The translations under genes and the position numbers were made by a program. Below, piece after piece: positions 1 through 13,857 of a stretch of DNA of 64,000 bases; positions within the stretch are counted from its first letter, which is position 1, and the number at the start of each line of letters is the position of its first letter. This DNA comes from Veleropilina oligotropha (taxonomy: Eukaryota): contig JBEUKZ010000123.1 in assembly GCA_048128005.1 (NCBI GenBank), positions 372,001 through 436,000 on the forward strand, in the 5' to 3' direction. The notes under the pieces were generated by a model, which was not told where the DNA came from, did not search any database, and saw nothing but the letters and a program-made list of their open reading frames with translations.

Positions 1-132
1 CCGGGTCACTGAGTGGCTAGTTGTTTATTTGTGCAGTAAGGATGGATGGATTGTTTGATGCTTAATGTCTTGTATAATTACAGCCATCAGATTCCAGGCA
101 GGACATGTCCAGCATATAATCGCGGGAGGACT

Positions 133-556
133 CAGGGCTCGATTTATATGGTAGTCCTGGAGCCCCAGGCTCCTAGAAATGGCATGGGGCTCCAAGATTC
201 TATGGTGAGGTAGTCCTTCTGGCTTCTATACATTTTTAAGCACTTCATAGGATTTAGAAGAATCTGAATATGTAATAAACATGATATTCTCTTATTATTA
301 CAAATTTTCAGCATAAAAGACTGCCAAACTGAGTCAAGAAGGAAGTTTATAATGATTATATAACATTTGTTTTGAGATATTACGTGGAATCCATAGTGAG
401 TTCCTTTCATATATTTTATGGGAGATAAAATGGATGTTGTATAAAATAGCACGAGCATAATATTAGAAGGGCTCCTGAAAATTAGTGTGGGCTCCTAGAT
501 TTGAAATGCTAGGAGCCCTATGGGTTCCTGGATTTAAAATGCTAAATCGAGCCCTG
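133..556. mobile_element. MITE / non-autonomous DNA transposon inserted in a SINE copy
   Basis: 14-bp perfect terminal inverted repeats CAGGGCTCGATTTA (133-146) / TAAATCGAGCCCTG (543-556); internal GGAGCCC/GGGCTCC motifs; interrupts the SINE family sequence at ~45-690. No clean TSD seen. Confidence 0.7.
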
Positions 557-789
557 GAGGACAACTGCGATTGATAACTGAACAATGAACGTTAATGCCC
601 CAGTCGAGATTCTATCCCACTCTTGTTAGTTAACACAATAGAGCTAGTGATTTCGGACTAATGGCACTTGATATCATACGACTACCGGGGCGGACTGTGC
701 AGAAATGACAGAACATTAATATGATCGTTATTAATTAATTATTACTGCAATCACAATGGGAAAATTATCCAAACAATATAAATACATAC

Positions 790-912
790 AACGTGCTCCA
801 AAGATCGCTCCAGCAACAAATCCCGCTGGGATGTGGTTAAAGGTGTCATCTTTATAATTGCGTAAATGCGCCATCATGCAAACAGTGGATCCATAAGCCA
901 GTCCAGCACCAG
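790..912 (-). CDS. NDUFA11: NADH dehydrogenase 1 alpha subcomplex subunit 11, internal exon
   Basis: Bounded by TTTTCCCTTCAG acceptor and GTATGT donor; encodes AGAGLAYGSTVCMMAHLRNYKDDTFNHIPAGFVAGAIFGAR, matching the Tim17-family/NDUFA11 motif R.K.DD..N...GG..AG..FGAR. Final exon(s) lie left of the window. Confidence 0.8.
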
Positions 913-1104
913 CTGAAGGGAAAATATACACCTATCACAATGGTATATATAGACATAAATATAACAATTAGTGATGATGATGATGAATTGATGTTCAACG
1001 ACCACGCCAACAGTATTTCAGTTATAAATCTGGTCAATCAACTTTGAATGATGAGATGAGTTGGTGCTGTGTGCAATGGAGGCAGCGATCATTGGAAAAA
1101 TCCC

Positions 1105-1172
1105 TGGCACTCCCGGGGCTTGAACCCGTGACCACCCGTTTAGTAGACATGCACCGTATCCACTCAGCCAAT
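1105..1172 (-). mobile_element. tRNA-derived SINE head or tRNA pseudogene
   Basis: Minus strand reads TGGCTGAGTGG (A-box-like) ... GGTTCAAGCCC (B-box-like) but lacks a convincing full cloverleaf. Confidence 0.45.
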
Positions 1173-1216
1173 TACAGTAGGGAAGAGAGCACGGTTACAA
1201 CAACTTGATATATATG

Positions 1217-1247
<31 letters not shown>

Positions 1248-1493
1248 ACATATAACATATATGACATTGGCTTGTGACCATGACAATTGGTTGGAGATTT
1301 CTTCATCAGGTTTTTATGAACAGAAATTGCCCAGGAAGAATACTAGCTGAAAAAAAGTCTTGTCACTCGCAAAAATCATCTATTTTCGTACCATACAATA
1401 TTAGCATTGTTTTTATGTTGTAGATAAAGTTATTATTTTTATGTGAAATTAATCCATATCTGCAAGCTAGAAAAATGCAAATATACAAAATGA

Positions 1494-2418
1494 GGGCTGT
1501 TCCAGAAAAATTATATAGGGGGGGGGGGGGGGGGGGGTTGAAGGCAGTCGATATATTTTTCCATGGGTTGTTGTCTATTGCCAATTTCGAATTCTATAAG
1601 TTATTGTGATTTTAACAAGTCAATTCTATAGGTTATTGTGTTTTTCACTGTCATAGCTAAATAGCATGTCTTTGATAAGCAAGGTACGGGCCACATCGAT
1701 ATATCTATCATATTACGACTGAAACCATTTAAGACAATTCCGTTAATGTATTAATAATCTCTGGTCCGCCATTATGAAGGCAATATCAGAAGCCAAATGT
1801 CAACATGAAATGCACACATTTTACAGATAATGTTTGAACAAACAGGGGTTCCCGATTCCACTTGTTCACTGCTTTCTGAATATACCAGAAACAGCTGCAC
1901 ATCTAATAGTTATAATTGTAATCTCTCGGCGGGCTGGATTGTCTCCCCTAGTATGTAAATCTTATAACTGTTATCTATCTCTCACGCTCCGTGTAAAGGC
2001 GTTGGGCAGGAAAGCGTGATTGTCTCCCCTGGTATAAATGCAATCACTCTATGTGTAACGCAGCGGGCGGGCAGGATTGTCTCCCCTGGTATAAATGAAA
2101 TCACTCTATGTGTAACGCAGCGGGCGAGCAGGATTGTCTCCCATAGTGTTTATTACTCATCAGTGTATAGTCACACACATACATAAGTATAAGCAAAGTT
2201 ACAAATTATTGTGTCACAGAGTGTATATAATAGTATATATAGATCTGAGTTGAGTAATATATCTTTTAACCCTTGAATACATTTCTATATGTTGTCATAT
2301 TTTCAATTTATTAAAATATATAGGTGATGGTCATATGAGGAAATGCAATTCGATAGGTGGCGGGGTTGAAATAAAAGTGCCTTCAAACCCCCCCATACCA
2401 CTTTTTCGGGAACAGCCC
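1494..2418. mobile_element. PIF/Harbinger-like MITE
   Basis: TIRs GGGCTGTTCC / GGAACAGCCC flanked by 3-bp TGA duplication (1491-1493, 2419-2421); internal short tandem duplications around 1930-2145. Confidence 0.65.
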
Positions 2419-4016
2419 TGACCTTTGACATGGTGACCTGTCACCATATCTTCAATCTTCGTACTCTAGTTTGCAAGGTGTATTCTAAGTATCAATGTTG
2501 AAGGTCTAGCAGCACCTGTTCTTCTATGAAGAGACAGAAATCTACGTGACAGAATATAAATACATGTATACCAAAAATGACCTTGACCTTTAGGTCATGG
2601 ATGATAGTATGCAAGATGTATGTGATGTATGCCATGTATAAATGTTGACACTCCAGTAGTTTCTCTTCTTTGTGACAGAAAGCAATCTCCAAAGTGGCAG
2701 AATGTAAATACACATTATAGGATCTTGGCACAGTGATATTATCTTCTCTCAAGTGATAGAAAGCAACCTCGGATTTTCCAGTGACAGAACATAAATATAC
2801 AAAAATAGACAGCCGCCCGGCTATCAGGAATCCCAGCATTATATAGCAATCAGACTGCCATATAAAATCTGTGATCTTCACCTTGCCAGTAGCCCTTGGC
2901 TAAACACTGACTGTGCTAACTGTCCATCATGAAAAAGGTTGGCCTCTGTGACCTTGACATATGATCAAAGGTCATTTTCTCTCTGTTACATGATGTACTA
3001 ACCCTACAGAAAGAGGTTGGCAAAAATGAAAAAAAATGTTTACGAATTATGAAAATATGTAAATATGTAAATTTGTGAAGGTGAAAGGGCAAATGACAAA
3101 CATTTTAGTGCCATGCACAGCTTTGGGTTATAGGCAAGATATGTAAAAAAAATTAAAAGGCTACCATGCTGAGTCTCCGAGAAGCAGCCCGGACAAAATT
3201 TCAGGGTCAAAGGTTATTGTGGCAAGGTAAAAAATAATTCCCGTGCAATATTACCCACCATGATCTAGAGTATGATAAGGGTAGTCCATATGTCATAATA
3301 TGTCTCCATATAGCTATCATAATGGGTAGGCTATATTCTCACAAAGTCTGAAAATTGTGCGTATATTTTGACCTCTGTGACCTTGACCTTTGACCAAAGG
3401 CCATTTTTCGTATTTGTTATATGATGTACTAACCCTAAAGAAATAGTTTGGCACCCAAGAATAAACAAATGACGAAAACAAAAAAATTCTAAATATAGAA
3501 ATTTGTGAAGGTCACTACGCAGAGGTCAAAGGCCAAATGAGCAAAATTTACAGCCATGCACAGCTTTGTATTATAGGCAACACACCTATAAAAAAATTAG
3601 AAGGCTAGCATGTTTGGTCTCCGAGAAACATCCCGGACAAAATTTAAGGGTCAAAGGTCATTGCCGCAAGGTCAAAGGTCCTTCACATGAAATTTCGCCA
3701 CCATGCACTAGCGTATGATAAGGGTAGTTAGCATACCATATGAAATCGAGGTAACATGTTTGGTAGCCGAGATATAGGCCGGACAACATGAACCGCCCGT
3801 CCGCCAGCCTCGGGCGATGACAATAACCCCAGCTTTTTTTAAGCTAGGGTTAAAAATGACGACCTTTACACAAATACCTCATCTGATGTGATACAAGGAG
3901 CATACTCGAATTATGTAGATCCAGCAGTTCATCGTCAATGTGACAGAGCGTATGCACAGAAGACTCCAATACCAATAGCTAGTTTATAGATAATATCCAT
4001 GCCTAACAGACAGATA

Positions 4017-4232
4017 AACTAGAAATATGTCCATCGGACACGAATGCCCCCACTGGCAGCCTTGACCATAGGGGCAGTGTACAAAGTATCAAGTCAATCC
4101 ATGAAGGCAAATATAAGTTATAGCAGATTGGAGTTGCTTACACGCAAATACTGGTTTCGGGATGGGACGGACGGACGGGACGGACAAGAGTAAATCTAAA
4201 TGCCACCCCAATAAATTGGTGGTGGCATAAAA
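4017..4232 (+). mobile_element. Helentron-associated (HINE/DINE-like) non-autonomous element; relatives at ~2420-3856, 20920-21220, 30885-31166, 40378-40780, 44855-45320
   Basis: Starts AAACTAG, has a (GACG)n/(GACA)n microsatellite and a 3' hairpin (ATGCCACC...GGTGGCAT) followed by AAAA; similar layout at the other listed loci. Confidence 0.5.
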
Positions 4233-4844
4233 ATGGACACAGCAACAAGACTGGCTTGTAAAAATGATATGCAATTACATAATATGAAATCATGCCCTTG
4301 CTACTCACCCATGGGGCCAATCATTCCTATAAATTTGCTTCCTCTAGCAAGCCACGTTGGGGGTTTTGAGATAGCGAGCTGCTCCAGAAATGAGAAACTA
4401 AATCCTGCACAATATAAAGTCAAACAATTCTTGATAATATTTCCATTACTGAAATCCTTTAACAGATCAGGGCTTGGTTGCTCAACACTCTGGATAAAGT
4501 ATAGAGAGTGTAAGCATTATTAACAATAATGTGAAAAATATTAGACTAGTACAAAATATCTAATAGCGTGAGGCTATGTAGTAGAAAATGCAATGCCACC
4601 CTGAGCGTTATGTGGACATCGCCGAGGGGTGTCAGTGTATTATCTGTCATCCTACCATGAAAATTTATTGCGAATTGCAAGCTGTAACCCTTAAACATGG
4701 AATTGCCCATGGCCACATCAAGGGCGTGATATGAAACAAGTCTGCCCTTCCATTCAAAGGAGTCTGGCAAATTATTTGGTACGGCCAACTGCTGATTGCG
4801 ACAAGTTAATCTCATCGTTTGAACAATGGAGACAGATGACAACT

Positions 4845-5040
4845 TTGTTTTACGACCCCTTTGCCAATTTTTCAGCCTTAACGTGGTCGGGACACCCGGT
4901 TTAAGGTCTCACTCCGATCTGACCTTACATTAAGGATATGCCATCTATTAGTTTTAAGCCAGCCGTAAGCGGCTGGAACCCACATCCTACCGTCCACATA
5001 ACGTTTTTCCGGATGCTCTAACCATTGAGCTATCGAGGAC
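4845..5040 (-). mobile_element. tRNA-derived SINE
   Basis: Minus strand begins GTCCTCGATAGCTCAATGGTTAGAGCA (A box) with a degenerate GGTTCCAGCC B box; 3' part (TTTTACGACC..TT) recurs at ~37240 and ~47640. Confidence 0.5.
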
Positions 5041-5109
5041 AGTGAACAATGGAGTAACTGCCCACTATGAGTCTCTTGTTCCGATACTAAGCTATGTGTA
5101 TGTGTATGT

Positions 5110-5570
<461 letters not shown>

Positions 5571-5649
5571 AGTTACGACAGCCGTGTTAGTCCAATTAAT
5601 AAATAAATATACACTGTATTGCACTTTAAGACTAACAATTTAATATAAG

Positions 5650-5690
5650 TTCCGAGCTTTCGAGAGTAGACAGTCTCTTCTCAGGGAAAT
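5650..5690 (-). ncRNA. Minimal hammerhead ribozyme-like motif (copy with 1-nt core deletion)
   Basis: Reverse complement TTTCC-CTGA-GA-AGAG-ACTGTCTA-CTCT-CGAAA-GCTC-GGAA; mirror of the 9365-9404 motif. Confidence 0.5.
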
Positions 5691-8600
5691 CAGTGAATAA
5701 TAGTGTTCAAATATTAACATGACGTTGCATCGTATGTGACGTAACAGAGTGACGTCAAAAGGTGTAACAGGCTAAATTAATTAACTAGTGCTCTACATGT
5801 CAACAGTAATTTGCCATAAATCCTAGTCCTTATTTAATCCCATGCTCCACCTAGATTCAATTTTCGGATGATGGTCTCTCCTCTGCTTCGCGCTCCAGAC
5901 GAGTTTTAAATGATTTTTTCGAAATGATGGGAAATTTCAAATCACTTACGGTGTGTCCAGGAAGGTTAAAATGAATTGCTACTGGCTTATGTGGGCTAAT
6001 TGTTGCGAATGTCGGACTTGTGATTATTTATTCTTAAGCGAATTGACTGTCTGTCTGACCGACAAATTTATGTATGGACATCGGATGCAAGTAATGGGCT
6101 TAAATCACGTTACTGGAGTTACAATCGCCATTGACATTGATGTTGTCGTATTATTGTTCAGTCCAGTATGGAAGAATCGCTATTAACATGCGCACAAAGT
6201 TGACCCGGTTTAATTGACACAAGGTACTGTTCCTCTTGGTGAATTCGAGTTTCGTAATTTGCTGCAAACTAATATGTTTGCGGAGATTGGACTTGCCTGT
6301 TAGCGATTAATGGGGTGCTTCAAAATTTTCTTTAGACTTACGTCGGCTTGGCAGATTGGCTGAAGTTCAGTAATGATGCGCTTCAGTGGTTAAAGCTGGG
6401 TGTTGTACGTGACCACTAATGGTGTTTCTATCGGAATGTTCTTTATCGTTGTATTGTAGTAATTGTTCCCTGATTTATTATTAGCACGTTTATTTGTTGG
6501 GCCACCATTTTGCGATTGTAATCGAGTCGTACACAATTTCTTTGTAACTGCTGAGGTTCATGTCTCTGTCAGCAGTATCGGAACATATGCGTTTACATCT
6601 TATGGCTTGGACTGTATACGATTGACTTGATGGTGTGTTGCGGATGAAAGCTGAAGGTGATAAATAGTTGCATTTATCTGTTGATTTCTGATATAGTGTT
6701 GTTTTCAGCTTTGCCATCCTTGATTTTAACTGTCGTATCTAAAAATGTTCACCTGCTCACATGATAATCGATAGTAAATTTTATCGTCGGGTGAAAGTTG
6801 TTAAATGCTGTATGAAATTAGTCTAGGGCTTGTTTGCCGTGCGTCCAAATGAGAAAACATCGTCGATGAAACGAACGTAGAATAATGGCTTCAAAAGGAC
6901 AGAATTGATGAATCGATTTTCAAGGTCAGACATAAATATATTTGCGTACTGCGGAGCCATTCGTGTTCCCATTGCTGTGCCGTTGATTTGTAGGTATAAC
7001 GTCTCATCGAACGTAAAACAATTGTGCGTATAAAACGAATTCCGAAAGTTGACATGCACGACTTGATAATTCCTTGTCCGGTATGATGTTGCGAATTGCT
7101 TGTATTCCATCAGCGTGTGGAATATTGGTGTATAGTGATTTGACATCAAGAGTAGCAAGCAAAGCGTGATCAGGTAGATTATCAATATGTTCAAGCTTTC
7201 TGAGGAAGTCAGTAGTGTCCTTGATGTAATTAGGAGAATTGGTGGCAAATGGCTTATAATTTGTCTACATAGGCAGAGGCTCCCTCTGCTATAGTGTCTA
7301 TGCATGACACATGGGTCGACCGGGATTACCCGTTTATGAATTTTCGGAAGTAGATAGAACGTACCGGCATGTGAATTGCACAAGTATAGGAACGAATTTC
7401 TTCCATGATATGGGACGGATACGTGCGTAATATGCTACGGAGGTCTTTCTTGTGCGTAGAAATGGGGTCTGTATCAAGGCGAGTATAGAACGACTTATCA
7501 GAGAGTTGACGTAGTGCCTCGTTCTTATAATCTACCATATTCATGATGACGGTGGCGCCACCTTTATCCGCTGGTTTGATGATGATGTCTGGGTTGCATC
7601 GTAATTTGCGTATGGCTGCACGTTCTACAGGTTTCAAATTATATATCAGTTTATGTTGTTTGCAAATAATTTCGGAGTTTACACGTTTTCTAAAACAATT
7701 GATATACATGTCTAGTTTCGTATTTCGATTATCCGGAGGTGTCCATGAAGACGCACTTTTAACTTTATGTTGAAATGGTTGAGTGGCACAACTTTCAAGA
7801 TATGAATCGGGAGAAGTGTTAGATTGTTCTTGTTTCTTAATTTCATGATCTACTGAAGAATTGCAGTTGTCATAAAATTCTTTGAGACGAAGATGTCTGA
7901 AGAATTCTTCAAGATCACCGCACAATTGTATCTTGTCACGTGGTATAGTAGGACAGAAATTTAGGCCACGGGAGATGACGGAACGTTCAATAGAGGATAG
8001 TTCATAACTTGAGAGGTTAACAACAGTGTCAGCGTGAGAATTGTCTATTATATCGCGATTTGTTAAATGAGCATTGTCTAATCTATCTTGAGTATCAACA
8101 TGAGAATTGTCAATTTTATCAATATCTTGTTGAAGATTCATTAGCTTTTTATTCTTCATTTTCTTTGACTTACTTAATTGAATTCGGTAATGTTTTTCTC
8201 ATTTGGACGCACGGCAAACAAGCCCTAGACGAATTTCATACAGCATTTAACAACTTTCACCCGACGATAAAATTTACTATCGATTATTCATGTGAGCAGG
8301 TGAACTTTTTAGATACAGGACAGTTAAAATCAAGGATGGCAAGCTGAAAACAACACTATATCAGAAATCAACAGATAAATGCAACTATTTATCACCTCCA
8401 GCTTTCATCCGCAACACACCATCAAGTCAATCGTATACAGTCAAGCCATAAGATGTAAACGCATATGTTCCGATACTGCTGACAGAGACATGAACCTTCA
8501 GCAGTTACAAAGAAATGTGTACGACTCGATTACAATCGCAAAATGGTGGCCCAACAAATAAAACGTGCAAATAATAAATCAAGGGACCAATTACTACAAT

Positions 8601-9364
8601 ACAACGATAAAGAACATTCCGATAGAACACCATTAGTGGTCACGTACAACACCCAGCTTAAACCACTGAAGCGCATCATTACTGAACTTCAGCAATCCTG
8701 CAAGCCGACGTAAGTCTAAAGAAAATTTTCGAAAGCACCCCATTAATCGCGTACAGGCAAGGTCCCAATCTCCGCAAACATTTAGTTTGCAGCAAATTAC
8801 GAAACTCGAATTCACCAAGACGAACAGTACCTTGTGTCAATAAACGGTGTCAACTTTGTGCGCATGTTAATAGCGATTCTTCCATAACTGGACTGAACAA
8901 TTATACGTACAACATCAACGTCAATGGCGATTGTAACTCCAGTAACGTGATTTACGCCATTACTTGCATCCGATGTCCATCAACCATATATGTCGGTCAG
9001 ACAGGACAGTCAATTCGCTTAAGAATAAATAATCACAAGTCGACATTCGCAACAATAGCCCACTTAAGCCAGTAGCAATTCATTTTAACCTTCCTGGACA
9101 CACCGTAAGTGATTTGAAATTCGCCATCATTTCGAAAAATCATTTAAAACTCGTCTGGAGCGCGAAGCAGAGGAGCAGACCATCATCCGAAAATTGAATC
9201 TAGTGGAGCAGGGATTAAATAAGGACTACGGATTTATGGCAAATACTGTTGACATGTAGAGCACTAGTTAATTAATTTAGCCTGTTACACCTTTTGACGT
9301 CACTCTTGTTACGTCACATACGATGCAACGTCATGTTAATATTTGAACACTATTATTCCACTGA

Positions 9365-9404
9365 TTTCCCTGAGGAAGAGACTGTGCTCTCGAAAGCTCG
9401 GAAA
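9365..9404 (+). ncRNA. Minimal type I hammerhead ribozyme at the PLE 3' end
   Basis: TTTCC-CTGAGGA-AGAG-ACTGTG-CTCT-CGAAA-GCTC-GGAAA: stem I TTTCC/GGAAA, CUGANGA and GAAA cores, stem II AGAG/CTCT, palindromic AGCT in place of stem III, UC cleavage site. Such motifs are an established PLE feature. Confidence 0.75.
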
Positions 9405-9443
9405 CTTATATTAAATTGTTAGTCTTAAAGTGCCATAAGTGTA

Positions 9444-9557
<114 letters not shown>

Positions 9558-10065
9558 TTGCTTCCAAACAATTCTTGCTTTATTATGATAACATGGGTTT
9601 TCACGATAGTACTGCATCATGATGAATAAATAATGATAATAGCCATTAATTTTCTGAATTGCGAAATAACAGTGGCTAAATTTTGAGACATAACACACAA
9701 GAAGTTTTCTATGCAAACACAAAAGTCACATCTTGGAGTCACGGTTTCATATACGAGACCAGGAACATGCCAATGCACGGGTTTCAACAAGAAGAGCATT
9801 AGGAGGGTAGTTGTGTCCGAGAGGCGGGTAATTAATTGTACAAAAAACAATGTACCATGAGAATGTCAGCATTGATAGAAATGTGTTTAGATATGCAATG
9901 TCAAGGTGATGGAATGCGTTTTGGAAATGATTTCCAGCTTAGACTAATTAGTAAATATTAAGGCTGCCAAAATATAGGGTTTACAGTACTTATTAACCTC
10001 ACAGGATATGGAATCCACAATTTTTATTTGTGTATATTAATACATTTTATTCTGCGTTTGTATCC

Positions 10066-12130
10066 AGTGCTACCCACAACATATATATTCTTATCGGCAC
10101 GACGGTCGTGCCGTTAATGCTGCTTATCGGCACGACAAATTTGGAATTGCAGCAAACTGCACGTATCAGTCCGTAGACAGTTTCATTAATACGTAACACG
10201 GCATATTATTACAGCTGGCTATTAGTTATTATTCATTCACTACACTTGCAAATAATATATTTAGAATAGAGCCATAAAAAAAATCGTTATCAGTATTTAT
10301 GTCAGATTCAACGCTAACTATAATTTCATCAATGAAGAGTATGCCTGCAACCAATCTTAAGATTCTTGGCATATATCATAGTTGTATATCATAATTTATG
10401 TCCATTAAAGTCTAATTTAAGTATTGCGATAGATCATACTGAATGCTTCTATTGTGAACTGCACACATTTCCTTAATTCGAAGACATTACTGGAAAACTT
10501 AAAGATGAGGAGAGATAGATAATACGTCAGTCTCTAATTTCTTGGGTTACTGCATAGCGGTTAAAATAGCTTATTTAAAAGGGGCCATCGCCTCCGGTCA
10601 TAGCCAAGTTGCTATCAGCGATATCTGCCTCTAAGTTGTGATCGTCTGTTGCTCAATATCTGACTTCCAGGAATTTAGATATCCGCATAAGTAAACTCCC
10701 ATGTTCGGAAATGTTGTGAGTTTCCATAAAGAGTTATCTGATGGTAAAGGATTCATGTCCCGTGACTAACATAGAACTTGGCAGTCATCGATTCCTGCGG
10801 TACAAACCTGTCATGGTTCAACTTGCAGTTACTTGACAATGGAGTTAATTCGAATATACATTGGAGATAAAGTTTATTTACAGCAGCATGGAATATAATG
10901 GTGGTTACATCAGCAGATCAAAAGCAAAGCGGTTGGACAGGTCGGAACTAATTTGCACAATACAAATTACCCTATTTTAAAAGATACTCGTCTACAAATG
11001 TTTTTTTAACTTCATTGGTTTAGAGAGATCATTCGATGCTGACTCAACAACTACTGATGGAAAATTCCAGTTACAGGGCGCGTGTATGTCTTGACAGTGG
11101 CGTAGTTACTTATAGGCAAAGTAGGCCTGGGCATGCTACATTTGTGTGACACGAAGAAGACATGCAGTCAGTCAAGTGTAAAGATGGGTCACACTAAAAA
11201 GCGCCGGGGAAGGCCCGAAGCAGCCCGGGGGTAAAAATATACATGTATATATTGTCATTTTCGGCATATATTCATCATATGAATATGATTATAAACAATA
11301 AAATTCCATTTTACATCATTATAATATTAACGCCCAACTGGTATATCTCCGGAAATAACTGAACACGTCATGGAGATCAGTCCATAAATGTATTACTATT
11401 TGTACATCGTTTTTATTAAATGATTATTAACAGTGTAACTGAATTAAAAACAGTGTAACTGAATTAAATCACACTTTTCATCATTCATAGACCATATTGA
11501 AATAACAAATATCACAAAAATACATTTTATTGCATGCTGTAGACTAACACAAAATAGTGACTGACAAAAATGGATATAAATAATAGAGATAAAATGGATA
11601 CCATTTTGAATTGAATTCCATATGTCAACGGTCCCATCTTCAATCTCTGGAATCGACATTAAAGTACCAGTTTTAATATTTAAGTTAATATGTATTGTAT
11701 AAAATCAAGTTATACTATTAAGGATCATTGGAATATGGTATTAACGATGTCAGAATGATATAGGCCTTCGTTTAATTAGAGGTTGTAGTACATGTATTGT
11801 ATACATATATATAAATATCCAATTATTTAAGCTGTTGATATAAAGTTATTATTAATAACATAAAATGTAATTTTATTGTGTAGGATAATCATATACATGC
11901 CCATAATGGTAATATTTTTACCCCGGGCGCTTTTTAGTGTGACCGGTAAAGATTAATCTCCGTACATATTGGGGCCCCTGCACTAATTAAGTAGCCCCCC
12001 CCCCCCCCCTAATCGGATTAAATCGATATAGTGGTTAGAGAAATAGTCCGTCGTGCCGATAAGCAACTTTATCGGCACGACCGTCGTGCGGATTAGTTTC
12101 GTTATCGGCACGACGGTCGCCGATAGCCAC
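10066..12130. mobile_element. Degenerate DNA transposon relic with palindromic subterminal repeats
   Basis: Begins CAGTGCTACC; motif TTATCGGCACGAC(G/C)GTCGTGC repeated at ~10090-10135 and ~12048-12120; right terminus not clearly intact. Confidence 0.45.
11186..11945. mobile_element. Nested MITE with 8-bp TSD
   Basis: TIR GGTCACACTAAAAAGCGCC / GGCGCTTTTTAGTGTGACC; GTAAAGAT duplicated at 11178-11185 and 11946-11953. Confidence 0.75.
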
Positions 12131-12163
12131 TTCCTAAAATGTAAGCATCTCAAATTAACCCAC

Positions 12164-12428
12164 CGAGCCATCCCATCAATAATGTATCACGAAATATTTT
12201 TGCTGCACAGTCTTTGCCGTCACCATCCTGAAAGATGGTGTAGTCTTTCCATATCACCCTCTCTGGGGGATCGGGTCGGTTCTGCCAAACCACCATGTTA
12301 TAACCCTTGGTTAGATCTTCCTCTGGTAACGGCAGGCAATCCAAAGGCGCACCGCGAGCGTTCTGTTTATAAATCTCCGGGTTTCTCCATTCATCAATTT
12401 TCGGATACTCTTCCTTCTTCTTCCCCAT
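12164..12428 (-). CDS. NDUFA11: NDUFA11 first coding exon (with N-terminal extension)
   Basis: ATG at 12428; ends ...IFQDGDGKDCAAKIFRDTLLMGWL then G|GTGGGT donor (phase 1); D.DG.DC..K resembles the NDUFA11 N-terminal DIPDGTDCHRK motif; same strand and compatible phase with the 790-912 exon. Confidence 0.7.
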
Positions 12429-12504
12429 GTTTATTGATCTTGCAACTTGCTGTTTACTTCAATATCATTGAAATTGTCAGCACCATAAAACAAACCCTGC
12501 ACAG

Positions 12505-12512
12505 CCGGAAGT
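12505..12512. promoter_or_regulatory. ETS/GABP-type motif upstream of NDUFA11
   Basis: CCGGAAGT ~80 bp upstream of the ATG; common in housekeeping/OXPHOS promoters. Function inferred. Confidence 0.35.
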
Positions 12513-12829
12513 ATCGTGTGATAACAAACAATACGCTCCTATGAATTTCGACACGCAATAACTCTGCGATTATTCGCTGCACATGACAATTTCTGTTGTA
12601 GCAATTTCGGATATTCAATAAAAAGATGAATTTTTGTACTTTGCTCATGTTCTTCACATTTAATGTAAGTCAGAATCATTTCTAATTCCTACGGGATTCA
12701 CTATACTATTTATTTTTTTCACAGAAAGCGAATAGCAATACCTAAGCTTAAATGAGCTACATATATAGGCCTATTCTTACTTCCCCAACGTGACGACAAT
12801 TGAGTTCGTCAAGTTTGCGACATGATGAC

Positions 12830-13252
12830 CAGGCGCGGCTCTAGGGGGCCGGGCCCCTCTAAAGTTGGCCAAGCATACTAAAATAATATGTATAATCTGA
12901 TACAAATGACTTTCAGAACATTATAAATAGGCTGTTGCAATGTAATAATGCAGGAGGGGAGATTTCACATCGTTAATTGTCAAAATGTTCTTGTGCGTGG
13001 GGCGCCGACCCCACGCGGACAATTCGATTATGACAAAATAAAATACAAATTTGACTCGTGCTATTTGAGTGACGGTGGTTCATAAAAAGTAAGAATGAAA
13101 TATCGCTTTTGCCCTGTCAGAGTGCAGGAGAGGGGTTTCAGGCTGTTGATTCTCAAAATTTTCTTTCGCGTGGGGCCCCGCCCCCACGCGAACAGTTGAT
13201 AGTAAATTCAGCGCCCCCCCCCCCCTAAGCGAAATTTCTGGATCCGAGCCTG
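12830..13252. mobile_element. MITE with CAGGC termini and 5-bp TSD; family copies at 48500-48952 and ~39540-39912
   Basis: CAGGCGCGGCTCTAG ... CTGGATCCGAGCCTG; ATGAC duplicated at 12825-12829 and 13253-13257; near-identical copy at 48500-48952. Confidence 0.8.
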
Positions 13253-13857
13253 ATGACTCATCATTGAATATCTGTTAAACGATTATCTACCGCGAGTTGA
13301 CTTTCTTCTCGTGAAACGTGATTTAATGACTTGACTCCTTGATCGATGTATAAGCTCATCCATCTGCGTGTCATGTTTGAAAATGATGATCTTTGCGATA
13401 GCGATTCATTGCTATCTACCATCGAGCTCCGTCCTTCTTAAAGAGACGATGGGTGTTGTGCTGGTACAATGTCTGTGATGATTGTGTAGGTATATTCGAG
13501 AGTGGAAGTCCGTATGTCAGTTACTACAGCTGAATACGGAATGGTCGTGTGGTTGTCTTTTAGTGCCGAAGACCATCAACTCCTTTTTACAACTCTGCAT
13601 TCACAGCATGTCTCCAGCATGAACAGTATGTCCTCTCATGCCTCTTCGTCTGACTTGTCCTGAAGTACGCCTTCCAGGCCTACACTGATGGTCACTGAAA
13701 TAGGTTTGGAGCGAGGACACACCCCGCTTGACTCCACGGAGGATCGGAAAAAGTTTGGATGTGTCATGTCGAAGATGACTATGCTATTCACATCATTATG
13801 ATATGATCTGATTATGCTGAGCAGATTTGAAGGAAAGTCTATTTTCTATAATAACTT

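Noticed and set aside
1105..1172. Functional tRNA gene
   Set aside because: A/B boxes are present but stems are imperfect; more consistent with a SINE head.
3878..4002. Candidate NDUFA11 middle exon (AG/GT bounded on the minus strand)
   Set aside because: Stop codons in all three frames and no similarity to the expected sequence.
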